Source of the DNA: Phycisphaera mikurensis NBRC 102666
Lineage (GTDB): Bacteria > Planctomycetota > Phycisphaerae > Phycisphaerales > Phycisphaeraceae
Direction: 5' to 3'
DNA length: 32,000 nucleotides
NCBI RefSeq assembly: GCF_000284115.1
Contig: NC_017080.1
Coordinates: forward strand, 1,110,001 to 1,142,000
A model generated the notes under the pieces. That model was not told the origin of the DNA and did no database searches. It was given only the letters and a program-made list of their open reading frames with translations. This document shows positions 17,611 to 26,633 of this stretch, one piece after another. Numbering within the stretch: position 1 is the stretch's first letter; each line of letters begins with the position of its first letter. A program made the translations under genes and the position numbers.

Positions 17611-19659
17611 TCAGGCCCGGGCCGGGGCGAGCGTCCACCAGCCGAAGGACCGGGCCCGCGGGAGGCGGAGGCGGAGCTCGCGTCCGCACGGTTCCAGAGC
17701 CTCCGCGGCGGCGGGGAGGCGGAGCCGTGCCGGTCCGATGGCGTCCCAGGGAAGGCCGAGCGTCCGCTCGGAAGCGGGGTGATTCTCGCGGAACGCGAGC
17801 AGGTGACGCGGGCGCGAGGGGTCGGCCGGCGCGACCGCGAAGCCGGTCCAGCCGAATCCATCGGGCTCGTCGCCGACGGGGACGACGGTCGCGCCGACCC
17901 AGTCGGCCCGCGCCTCTCGCCACGCCCGGATCACGGGCCCGGCCTCCCGCCGCCGCTCGGGCGCGAGGCGCTGCAACTCCATCCAAGCCAGCGGCGCCGC
18001 GACCATGACCGAGGCGAAGGCGTAGGCGGCGGAGCAACCCCGCGGCGCGAGCGCGTCGTCGGCGTAGCGGTCCGGGTTGCGGTCGGGGTTCAACCACTCC
18101 ATCCGCAGCCGGCTGGGCTCGACCCAGCGGGCGAGCTGCCAGAGCGTGCGGAGGGTGAGGTGCGGGAACCAGCTGCCCCAGTCGGTGTAGCGGTTCTGGA
18201 CGAAGACCGGACCGGCGTCGGGCCGCCCCAGGAAGTCCGGCCGCTTGCCGGCGGTGGCGTCGAGGTCCAGCGTGATGCGCTCGTCGCCGCCGGCGCCGGC
18301 CAGCACCCGGTCGATCATCCGGTGAAACCGCGACTCGCCGAGGCCGCTGTCGATGACGACCGCGTCGATCTTGAAGTGGGTGACGCCGAGCGTGCGGTGC
18401 AGGCCAAGAAGCGTCTGGGCGTCGCGGCGCCAGTTGGCGAAGTCCGCGGAGGAGTCGGGCGCGTACCACAGCCCCAGCCGCACGCCACGCGCCCGCGCGG
18501 CGTCGACCAGCGGTGTCAGCCCCCGCGGGAAGCGATCCGGGTGGGGCGACCAGAAGCCCTCGCTCTCGAAGAAGCCCGACCACTTCCCGCCCGCCTCGGT
18601 GGAGTTGGCGGAGCGCCCGGCCTGCCAGCCGTCGTCGATCTGCACGACGTCGACGCCGAGTTCGGCGGCGGCTTCGATCTCCCCGAGGACGAACGCCTCG
18701 CCCACGCGGCCGTCCCGGCCGCGGTCGCCCCAGGTGTTGCTGACCATCCAGCGGTCGGCCGCGGTCGGCACGCGGAGCCGGTGCTCGTGGTGCTGCAGCG
18801 CGGCGACGCGGCCGGCGACGCCGCCGCCGTGGAGCACGACGGCGTGCCAGTCGCCGATCCGCCAGCCCTCTTCTGCGTCGGGTTGCAGCGGCTCCTCGGT
18901 CAGCTCCAGCGTGCCGGCGTCGGCGAGCAAGTCGGGCCGTTGCCTCCGGCCCGGCGGTGCCGAACCCGGCAGGAGCCCGTGGCGGAGCAGGACGAGCCCG
19001 TCGCCGGAGAACGGTTCCACCAGGGCGAAGAGGTTGCCGTCGAGCGCGAGCTTCCGCTCGCCGCGCAGCCGGCCGAAGCGCCGCGGCTGCACCACCTCGC
19101 ACCGCTCGTCGGTGCGGCCGTGCAGCTCAACCGCTTCGAGCCGGAGATGGGCGGGAGCCAGCGGCAGCCGCTCGATCACGTTCCTGGCGCGGGCGTCGGT
19201 GGCCCGGGCCGCCGGCTCCACACCCTCCATCTCCACGCCGTCGCTGGTCCCGATCGCCGCCGTGCCCGCCGCGCCCGCCGCGTCCGAGCCATCGGCCCGC
19301 TGGGCGTGCCGCGTACGCACCACCGCCAGCCCCGGGAAGATCGCGACGTGCAGCCGCCGGTCCGGCGAGGCGAGCACGACCCGCAGGGCGGGAGCCTGAG
19401 CCGGAGGCGCGGGCCGCGGATCCGGCGCAAGGGTGAAGCCCGCGGCATCGGCGTCGGCACCGGCGTCCGCCCTCTCCCGCACGAGCCACTCCCGCTTCGA
19501 CCGCTCGTCGCGGAGGCTCGCAGCGAGCGGGACGCCGCCTGCGATCCGCCAGCGCCGCGTGATCGCGGCGTTGCCGACCTCCAGCACGCCGCCGCTCCAC
19601 GAGGCGTGGCAATCGTCCAGACGCAGCGGCGGTGTCGGCGGCGGGGCGGTGTCGGACAT
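17611..19659 (-). CDS. Clan GH-D alpha-galactosidase-like glycoside hydrolase (GH36-like), no signal peptide
   Basis: 682-aa ORF. The motif VVQIDDGWQAGR is the DDGW motif of GH27/GH36. It is followed by GVRLGLWYAPD and GVTHFKIDAV (K-x-D nucleophile-region pattern). The N-terminus MSDTAPPPTPPLRLDD has no hydrophobic leader. Confidence 0.6.
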   Translation of the reverse strand: MSDTAPPPTPPLRLDDCHASWSGGVLEVGNAAITRRWRIAGGVPLAASLRDERSKREWLVRERADAGADADAAGFTLAPDPRPAPPAQAPALRVVLASPDRRLHVAIFPGLAVVRTRHAQRADGSDAAGAAGTAAIGTSDGVEMEGVEPAARATDARARNVIERLPLAPAHLRLEAVELHGRTDERCEVVQPRRFGRLRGERKLALDGNLFALVEPFSGDGLVLLRHGLLPGSAPPGRRQRPDLLADAGTLELTEEPLQPDAEEGWRIGDWHAVVLHGGGVAGRVAALQHHEHRLRVPTAADRWMVSNTWGDRGRDGRVGEAFVLGEIEAAAELGVDVVQIDDGWQAGRSANSTEAGGKWSGFFESEGFWSPHPDRFPRGLTPLVDAARARGVRLGLWYAPDSSADFANWRRDAQTLLGLHRTLGVTHFKIDAVVIDSGLGESRFHRMIDRVLAGAGGDERITLDLDATAGKRPDFLGRPDAGPVFVQNRYTDWGSWFPHLTLRTLWQLARWVEPSRLRMEWLNPDRNPDRYADDALAPRGCSAAYAFASVMVAAPLAWMELQRLAPERRREAGPVIRAWREARADWVGATVVPVGDEPDGFGWTGFAVAPADPSRPRHLLAFRENHPASERTLGLPWDAIGPARLRLPAAAEALEPCGRELRLRLPRARSFGWWTLAPARA

Positions 19660-19661
19660 CG

Positions 19662-22526
19662 TCAGCGATCGAGCACGAGGTAGAGCGCGTCCTCGGGAAG
19701 CTCGACCTCCAGCCGACCCTCCGCCCGCTCCACCGGGAGCTCACGCACGGGCAGGAAGTTCGCATCGGTGACGGTGGCTCGGAGCGGCCGGTCGTTCGCG
19801 AGCGAGAGCCGGCCCCGCAGACGCTCCACCCGCCACGGCGTCTCGCCGGTGTCGACGATGCGGGAGGCGGGACCCGCCTCGCCGTCGATCTCCAGCTCGA
19901 TCTCCTCGACCGTCCAGCCGGTGGGGCGGGCACGGGTGCCCATCTGCACGAGGATCCGCTCGCTGGTCGAGAGCGGCTGCGCGTCCAGCGAAACGGCGGC
20001 GACGGCGGCGTATTCGTTCTCGATGGAGAAGCGGGCATCGCCCAGGTCGATCGGCCCCGCCGCCCCGAGGAAGCCGACGGCGGCCTGCGCGCGCGGGCTC
20101 TGGATCCGGTAGACGCCCGCGTCGATGTCCAGGGCGGTCTGGCCGTTCCCGCCGCGGACCGCGCTCCCGTCCGCGGCGATGAACGCGCCGAGGTCGGCCA
20201 CCTCGCTGCGGTCCGCGGATCCGGCGTGGTAATCCACCAGCACCGGTCCCACGAGAAAGGCCAGCGGATCAACGAGCGTCTCGACCGCCGACGGCGCGGC
20301 CTGGAGCCCCTCGTCGCGGTTGGGGTCGAACGCGGAGGACTCGCTGGTGAGCGGCATTCTCCCGCCCCAGATGTCGGCGGGCGGCCGCGCTTCGACCACC
20401 ACCGGGTCGACCGGATCCACCATGGCTTCGCGGAACAGGAGCGCCGCCGCGGGGAACTGACCGAGCGTCATCGGCGTGGCGTACGTCCACTTGCGGGGGC
20501 CCTCGCGTCTTCTCGCCGACTCCCACTGCGGCGCGTGGTTGGCGAACCAGAAGAGAGCGTCGACGCCGCTCTGTGCCTGCTGGCTCGCGACGATCAGCGG
20601 GCCCTCCGCCTCATACCCGTTCGGCGGGACCCACAGGCTCTCGGTGATGAGGAAAGGGAAGCCTGCCGGCTGGCGCACGTTGTTGGGCAGCTCCCGCGGG
20701 TTCCTCGTGGCCGAGGCGTTGCGGAAGATGTGGTCCTCCTTGATCTGCCAGCCGCGGGTCCGCCCGGTGTGCAGCGCGGCGAAGTAGTGGTTCTTCGCCA
20801 TCACCTCGTTGCCGGCGTAGCTGTACCGCTCGGCGTCGTCGGCGAGCACGGGGTCGGACGTCCGCCAGTTTCCGGCGTTGATGAGCTGCGGGGCCCCGAG
20901 TTCCTCCCGGAGAAAGCGGGCGGTCTCCTCGTTGAAGCTCCGCATCTGGTGGGTCATGAAAGCGAGCTGGTCGCCGCGACGCTCGCGGAAGCCGGGGATG
21001 CGGCCCTTCTGTTCCAGCGCGTCCACCCCGTAGTCCCACGGGTGCAGGAGCGCCGGCAGGCCGTCCTTCCAGTCCTCTTCGGCGGGTCCGTGGGTGAAGC
21101 CTCGCCAGCGCTCTCTCACGGCATCCACCGAGCCGTGCTCCGCCACCAGCCAGTCGCGGAAGAGCCCGCGCAGGATCGTCTCCGCCTCGCCCTTGATCCG
21201 GCCAGCGGTGAAGAACAGCAGCGAGTCCTCGTTCTGCAGCTGGATGATGGCCACCGCCGGCTCGTTCTTGAGCGCGACGCCCGTGTACGGGTTCGGCCGG
21301 GTGTACAGCTCCCGCAGCCAGCCCCGGTACGCCGCCTGCACCTCGGGCACGAAGAAGACCAGACCCGAGAGGTTGCCGCTGCCGGAGTGCGGGAAGTCGT
21401 CCTTCCACGACCCGCGCACCTTGGTGTGGCTGCCCCAGTACGGGCTGAGGACCGAGTAGATCCCAGCCCGCTTCATCGCCGCGACCAGCTTGAACGCTTC
21501 GTCGAGGTTCTCCTCGTCGAGGGTCTCCAGCGTCGGGGCCTCCTTCTTGGCATCCGGCCAGCCGGCGCTGATGGAGAGGTCGCCGTGCCAGCGGACCACG
21601 TTGACGCCGCGCTTGGCAAGGAAGCGGCCGTGGTCCGCCAACTCGTCCACGGACAGCTCCTGCTGGTTGTAGTCGGTGCCGCCCCAGAAGCGGATCGGCC
21701 GGCCATCGCCCCGCACGAAGCTCATGCCGTCCGCGGAGAGCCCGATGAAGCCGTGCTCCCCGGCCACGGGCTCGTTGAGCGGCCGGAGGTCGAGCAGCGC
21801 CGCCTCGTCGAAGGTGTCGGTCGGCGGCTCGAACGCCCAGAGGTCCGCCGGGTCGGCGGTCTTCAGCCGGGGATTCGGCTCGCCCGGCTTGAACTCGCCG
21901 AGAGGCTCGAACGCCTCGGTCGCCAGCACCATCACGTCGAGCCCGGCGTGCGGCTTCTCCGAATCCGGGTCGCCGAACCAGACCTTCACCTCGTGGGTGC
22001 CGGCGTCGAGCTGCACCGGCTCCAGCCGGAGCCACGCGAGGTGGCGGGCGTCGGTCGCGCCGTCAGAGGCGAGGTTCCGCTCGTCCTGGACGGCGGGCTC
22101 GTGATCTCCGGCGCTTCGATCCTTCTGGTCCTCCGCCCGGATCGCTTCCGGGTCGATCTGCACCTCCGGCTCGCCGCCGAAGCGGATCGTCAGGTGCCCG
22201 TCGCCCGTGCCGACGCGGAGCCACGGCGTGTACCAGCCGGCCTCGGAGACTTCCACCTCGTACCGTGCCCAACCACGCTCTTGCCCCGGCTCGGAGAAGC
22301 TGTTGATCCACGCGTCGCCGGACATCTCCGCCACCCGGTGCGCGTCGTACCAGTCGTTGCGAAACGTTTCCTGCTCGGCGGCGTCTTCGCCTTCGATCCA
22401 GAGGATCTCGGCGCTCGCGGGGAGGGCGAGCAGGCACAACGCGGCGACGCGGCCAAGCGTTCGCGGGGCGGCGGCGGGACACACGCTCACCCCCCGAACG
22501 GGACGGTGGGTTTGCGGGACCCTCAT
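19662..22526 (-). CDS. Secreted large (954 aa) glycoside hydrolase-like protein: N-terminal CBM-like module + (beta/alpha)8 clan GH-A-like core, family unassigned
   Basis: ORF 19662..22709 trimmed to the ATG at 22526 (cat 22524-22526). The signal peptide is ...GRVAALCLLALPASAEILW. TIM-barrel-like segments are RFWGGTDYNQQ, RGVNVVRWHGDL and AVAIIQLQNEDSLLFF (an N-E acid/base-like motif). The start overlaps the upstream stop as ATGA. Confidence 0.6.
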   Translation of the reverse strand: MRVPQTHRPVRGVSVCPAAAPRTLGRVAALCLLALPASAEILWIEGEDAAEQETFRNDWYDAHRVAEMSGDAWINSFSEPGQERGWARYEVEVSEAGWYTPWLRVGTGDGHLTIRFGGEPEVQIDPEAIRAEDQKDRSAGDHEPAVQDERNLASDGATDARHLAWLRLEPVQLDAGTHEVKVWFGDPDSEKPHAGLDVMVLATEAFEPLGEFKPGEPNPRLKTADPADLWAFEPPTDTFDEAALLDLRPLNEPVAGEHGFIGLSADGMSFVRGDGRPIRFWGGTDYNQQELSVDELADHGRFLAKRGVNVVRWHGDLSISAGWPDAKKEAPTLETLDEENLDEAFKLVAAMKRAGIYSVLSPYWGSHTKVRGSWKDDFPHSGSGNLSGLVFFVPEVQAAYRGWLRELYTRPNPYTGVALKNEPAVAIIQLQNEDSLLFFTAGRIKGEAETILRGLFRDWLVAEHGSVDAVRERWRGFTHGPAEEDWKDGLPALLHPWDYGVDALEQKGRIPGFRERRGDQLAFMTHQMRSFNEETARFLREELGAPQLINAGNWRTSDPVLADDAERYSYAGNEVMAKNHYFAALHTGRTRGWQIKEDHIFRNASATRNPRELPNNVRQPAGFPFLITESLWVPPNGYEAEGPLIVASQQAQSGVDALFWFANHAPQWESARRREGPRKWTYATPMTLGQFPAAALLFREAMVDPVDPVVVEARPPADIWGGRMPLTSESSAFDPNRDEGLQAAPSAVETLVDPLAFLVGPVLVDYHAGSADRSEVADLGAFIAADGSAVRGGNGQTALDIDAGVYRIQSPRAQAAVGFLGAAGPIDLGDARFSIENEYAAVAAVSLDAQPLSTSERILVQMGTRARPTGWTVEEIELEIDGEAGPASRIVDTGETPWRVERLRGRLSLANDRPLRATVTDANFLPVRELPVERAEGRLEVELPEDALYLVLDR

Positions 22527-24178
22527 CGCGGCTCCGCGGCCGGCGGCGTCAGGCCGTAGTGCTCGATCAGCATCCTGTACTTGACCGCCTCGTCCAGCGG
22601 CTGGCCGAGGTGCTCCATGTGGCCCCACTGGCCGTTGCGGTTCCAGTTGTGGACGAGCACGAAGGGCGTGTTGCTCGCCAGGCCGCTGGCCTCGTGCCGC
22701 TCCAGCCATCGCTCGTAGAGGCCGGCGAACCGCGGCGTTCGCTCAACCTCGAAGAGGAAGTCGACGAAGGCGGGCTTGAGGTCGTAGATGGGGACCTTCT
22801 TGGGCTTGCCCTGCCCGTTGAGCTCCGGCTCGGGAGGCAGCACCCGCTTGCTGGCGATCAGGTGCGAGTTGCCCTCGTAGCTCACCACGGGGACGCCGGC
22901 CTTGGCCGCCAGCTCGTACTGGTGCGCGGGGGCGTGGTTGTCGGGCAGGAACTCGTCCTTGCGGAAGGGGCCGCTGCCCAGCCGGAGCTCCAGCTCGTCC
23001 ATGAAAGCCTCCGGCGTGACGGGCCAGCGCTCCATCGCCCACTCCTCCATGCCGTGCGAGAAGTAGGTGGTGATGGCGAGGACGTCGAAGTCGCGGCCGG
23101 GCTCGGCGGCCTCGAAACGCTTCCTCGTTTTCCAGCCCTTGCCGTGGTTGGTGTGGGTGCCGACCACCCGGACGAGGCGGTCGGTGCCGCCGAACTCCCG
23201 CTCGAAGATGCGGAAGACGTTGAGCGCCTTGGCCATGTACTTGTCCTCGACCCGCTCGCCGGGGACGTTCTGGTCGACCCACTTGGTCTGCTGGAACTGC
23301 CAGTTCCAGACTTCGTTGCTGTACTCGACCCAGACGCGGAGGCCCTCCTCGAGCGGCTCGCCGGTCTGCTCGCCGGTGGCGGGGTCGACGCCGGTGCGGA
23401 CCAGGGCGGCGAGGTTCCGCACGTAGTCGTCGGTGGCCAGGTGCGGCACGCAGAGCCACAGGTCGTTGCCCGTCTGGTTGCACAGCTCGACCATCGCCTC
23501 CCAGGCCGCGCCGCCCTTCACGGGCGTCTTGGCGTCGGAGCGCGTCAGCGTCTGCACGTAGGTGGGCCAGTCGGCGGGCGTGCGGTCGGCCCAGTCTCTC
23601 TGCTCGGAATGATTCGTGAGGCCCAGGTCCATGAAGCGGAGGTGGCTCCCGCGGAAAGGCTCGATCACCGCGAGGTACGCCGGGTTCCAGCGGCTCTTGA
23701 GCGTCTCGGTGCCGGGCAGGTAGAGGTGGAGGTCGCTCACGGGGAAGGCGTCGATCTCGATCTCGAAGCCGTAGCTCTCGACCTGCGGGACGCGGTACAC
23801 CCGGCGATGCACGCCGTCGTCTGTCTCGTCGTGGACGAGCTCTGCGGCGTGCGGGCGGTCCAGCCGTGCCTCGCCCCCGCCCCGCCAGGTGAGCACGTAC
23901 TCGCCGGCGGGGAAGGTGTCGCCGGCGTCGACGCCGATCCGGGCGTTCACGGTCTTGCCGGCGACGGCCCCGGTCGGGTAGCCCCGCTCGTCCCAGCCCG
24001 CGACGTTCAGCCACCTGGCGGTCTTCACCAGGTCGTTGAAGGGGCTGTAGGACATGTAGTAGTTCAGGCCGCCGAGGCCCGGGCCGACGCGTGCGAAGTC
24101 CGCGGGTGCGGCGGATGCGGAGCGGGCGCCGAGCGAGGCGACGAGGAGACAGGCGAAGCGGAGAAGCGGGTGGCGCAT
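22523..24178 (-). CDS. Secreted 551-aa glycoside hydrolase-like protein, family unassigned
   Basis: Signal peptide MRHPLLRFACLLVASLGARSASAAPAD. Motifs are GSHLRFMDLGLTNHSEQ and VWVEYSNEVWNWQF (an N-E motif typical of retaining TIM-barrel hydrolases). Codon bias is strong, and the gene is operonic with flanking CAZyme genes. Confidence 0.5.
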   Translation of the reverse strand: MRHPLLRFACLLVASLGARSASAAPADFARVGPGLGGLNYYMSYSPFNDLVKTARWLNVAGWDERGYPTGAVAGKTVNARIGVDAGDTFPAGEYVLTWRGGGEARLDRPHAAELVHDETDDGVHRRVYRVPQVESYGFEIEIDAFPVSDLHLYLPGTETLKSRWNPAYLAVIEPFRGSHLRFMDLGLTNHSEQRDWADRTPADWPTYVQTLTRSDAKTPVKGGAAWEAMVELCNQTGNDLWLCVPHLATDDYVRNLAALVRTGVDPATGEQTGEPLEEGLRVWVEYSNEVWNWQFQQTKWVDQNVPGERVEDKYMAKALNVFRIFEREFGGTDRLVRVVGTHTNHGKGWKTRKRFEAAEPGRDFDVLAITTYFSHGMEEWAMERWPVTPEAFMDELELRLGSGPFRKDEFLPDNHAPAHQYELAAKAGVPVVSYEGNSHLIASKRVLPPEPELNGQGKPKKVPIYDLKPAFVDFLFEVERTPRFAGLYERWLERHEASGLASNTPFVLVHNWNRNGQWGHMEHLGQPLDEAVKYRMLIEHYGLTPPAAEPR

Positions 24179-24212
24179 CGGGTTGCGGAGGGAGCGGGTT
24201 GCGAGGTGCGGG

Positions 24213-25697
24213 TCAGGCGCCCACGCGGGCCAGCGGCGGGCGGTCGGGCAGCGTGTCGAGGTTCCAGCGGGCGAGCCGCTGCAGGAGGTCGCAGCGGGCC
24301 GCGGCCAGCGCCGGGTCGTCGATCCGGTTGTCCATCTCCCAGGGGTCGGCGGCGAGGTCGTACAGCTCGTCGCCGCCGGCCTCGCGCACGACGAGCTTGT
24401 GGCGGTGGGTCCGCACCATCTGGGCGCGGGCGAGGCTGTCGGGCACGCGCTGGTAGGTCAGCTGCTTCCGCTGGTCCGGGTCGACGTCCCCGCGGGCCGC
24501 CATCGCGGCGCGGCTGGCGGGGTCGTGGCCGCCATCGGCGAAGACCGCCTCGCGCCCGGCCCGCTCCCCCTCGATCACCGGGAGCAGGCTGCGGCCGTGG
24601 GCGCCGGGCAGCGGGGGCAGGTCCAGCAGGTCGAGCAGCGTCGGGGCCAGGTCCGTGTGATCGGTGAGCGCCTCCAGGCGGCGACCGGCGGGCAGCGACG
24701 GCGCGACGATCGCCGCGGGCACGTGCGTCAGGCAGTCGCAGAAGGAGGTGTCCCACTTCTCGACGAGCCCGTGCTGGCCGGCGTAGTCGCCGTGGTCGCT
24801 CCAGAGCAGCACGACCGTGTCATCGAAGAGGCCCTGCGCCTCGATGGCCCCGACGACCTGCCCCATCAGGTGGTCGACCTTGGCGATCATGCCCAGGTAC
24901 ACGGCCTGGATCTCGCGAAGGGCGGCTTCGTTCTCTTCGACGTCGGCCCCTGTCCGGTGCTCCCGCTGCGCGGTCATCGGCAGCGGGGCCCCCGCGGGCA
25001 AACCGCGCGGCCAGGCCCGCAGGGCCTCGCGATCGACCCTGGAGAACCACGGTTCCTCGACCTTGTACGGGGTGTGCGGCCGCTCGAGGTTGAGCTGCAG
25101 GAAGAAGGGCCGGTCGCGGTCGCGGTGCTCGGTGACAAAAGACACCGCCTGCTCCGCGAAGGCCTCGTCGGTGGGGTAGGAGCCGCGCCCGGCGAAGTCG
25201 CAGCGGCTGCGGGCATCGGGCGGCATCACGCCGTGGGGGTCGGGCTCGGGCTCGGCGGCCGCCTCTGCGTGTCGCCGGTAGATCTCGGCGAAGGGCGGCT
25301 TCCAAGAGTGATGATCCAGGCGCTGCCCCCGCTTCCCGGGTTCCAGGTCCGGCGGCGTCTGGCTCGCCTCAAGCGCGTGCTCCCAGCAGTGGTTCTTGCC
25401 GAAGAGCGCGGTCTGGTAGCCCGCGTCGATGAGGGTCGAGAGCAGATCGGGCCGATCCGCGGGCAGGAGTTGGGTGATGTCGCGGTACCCGTCGGTGTGC
25501 GCGTAGCGGCCGGTGACCAAGCTCACCCGCGCCGGCGTGCACTTGGGGAAGGTCGAGAAGTGCCGGGACAGCAGCACGCCGCGGCCGCACAGGGCATCCA
25601 TGTGCGGCGTGTACGCGTCCGCGTCGAGGCCGTTGATGCCGAGGCAGTCGCCCCGCATCTGGTCGGTGCAGAGGATGACGAGGTTGCGTGCGGGCAT
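24213..25697 (-). CDS. Cys-type (formylglycine) sulfatase, no signal peptide
   Basis: ORF 24213..25796 trimmed to the ATG at 25697 (cat 25695-25697). The N-terminus is MPARNLVILCTDQMRGD. The sulfatase signature is CTPARVSLVTGRY (C-x-P-x-R), followed by WSDHGD. No N-terminal hydrophobic leader is present. Confidence 0.85.
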   Translation of the reverse strand: MPARNLVILCTDQMRGDCLGINGLDADAYTPHMDALCGRGVLLSRHFSTFPKCTPARVSLVTGRYAHTDGYRDITQLLPADRPDLLSTLIDAGYQTALFGKNHCWEHALEASQTPPDLEPGKRGQRLDHHSWKPPFAEIYRRHAEAAAEPEPDPHGVMPPDARSRCDFAGRGSYPTDEAFAEQAVSFVTEHRDRDRPFFLQLNLERPHTPYKVEEPWFSRVDREALRAWPRGLPAGAPLPMTAQREHRTGADVEENEAALREIQAVYLGMIAKVDHLMGQVVGAIEAQGLFDDTVVLLWSDHGDYAGQHGLVEKWDTSFCDCLTHVPAAIVAPSLPAGRRLEALTDHTDLAPTLLDLLDLPPLPGAHGRSLLPVIEGERAGREAVFADGGHDPASRAAMAARGDVDPDQRKQLTYQRVPDSLARAQMVRTHRHKLVVREAGGDELYDLAADPWEMDNRIDDPALAAARCDLLQRLARWNLDTLPDRPPLARVGA

Positions 25698-25756
25698 GCG
25701 GAGTCGGCGAGCGTCAGGAGCTGGAGGACCCGGTGAAGGCAGCACCGGCGGCGGGC

Positions 25757-26536
25757 TCAGAAATCGAAGTCGCTCTGCAGCTCCGCGGCGTTCCATTCAT
25801 TGACGCTGAAGCCGCTGCCGTCCACCCGGGCGAGGTTCACCACGCCCGCGTGGTCGTCGATGCTGCCGTCCTGGGCGACCTGCCAGGGCATCTGGTTCGC
25901 CTGTTCGCCGGGTGCTCCCGCGGGGTTCTCCGCCGCGATGGTGCGGGAGTCGAAGGTCCACTCCCCGCCGATGAGCCGGCCGTCCCCGTCGCCGAGCATC
26001 ACGACGTTGGTCGGGACCCGCTCGAGCCGGACCGGGCGGACCCGGAAGTCGAAGGGGCCGATGCCCGGGCCTCCGCCGCCGCTGGACCCGTTGCGGTCGC
26101 CCTGCAGGTTCGTGTTCATCGCGTAATGGCAGATCGAGTTGATGTTGTCCCGCAGCGGCAGGTCGCTGGCGAAGGGGCAGTTCCACACGAAACCCGAGGC
26201 CGCGGCGAGGTTCTTGGTGCCGACGGCCTCGACGTCTTGGATGTAGTCCGTGGTCCGCATGCGGCGGAACCAGTCCCCGGGGATCTCCGGCGGGCGGACC
26301 GACGCGGCCTCCGCGGCATTCCCGCGGAACCGGTAAGGCAGGTAGCCCTTGTGGTCGGCGGCGTAGGTATGGAAACCGATCGACAGCTGCCGCAGGTTGC
26401 TGCCGCAGGACATGCTGCGGGCCGCGGCGCGGGCGGCGCCGAGTGCCGGCAGCAGGATGCCGATCAGCAGCGCGATGATGCTGATCACCACGAGCAGCTC
26501 GATGAGGGTAAAGCCTTGGCGGGCGGTTCTGGACAT
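25757..26536 (-). CDS. Prepilin-type N-terminal cleavage/methylation domain protein (DUF1559 / H-X9-DG orphan pseudopilin)
   Basis: The N-terminus is [36 protein letters not shown]. Its 29 residues from GFTL are identical to the gene at 4858-5703. The C-terminal [13 protein letters not shown] is an exact H-X9-DG motif. Confidence 0.85.
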   Translation of the reverse strand: MSRTARQGFTLIELLVVISIIALLIGILLPALGAARAAARSMSCGSNLRQLSIGFHTYAADHKGYLPYRFRGNAAEAASVRPPEIPGDWFRRMRTTDYIQDVEAVGTKNLAAASGFVWNCPFASDLPLRDNINSICHYAMNTNLQGDRNGSSGGGGPGIGPFDFRVRPVRLERVPTNVVMLGDGDGRLIGGEWTFDSRTIAAENPAGAPGEQANQMPWQVAQDGSIDDHAGVVNLARVDGSGFSVNEWNAAELQSDFDF

Positions 26537-26633
26537 GAAAGAACCTTTGGAGGAGCGAGAGGTGGAGAAGGCCCCCGCTCGCCGTTGGGCGGGCCGGGGA
26601 GAGCGGGTGTTCGGGGAGAGCGGCGGTCGGGCG

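Noticed and set aside
19632-22559. 975-aa + strand ORF, plus 22559..24667, 24183..25736, 17779..19683 (+) and 17183..19102 (-)
   Set aside because: All lie opposite to, or out of frame with, string B genes that carry signal peptides and catalytic motifs. Their compositions are Arg/Gly/Pro/Ala-dominated, and there are no start-codon contexts or family motifs.
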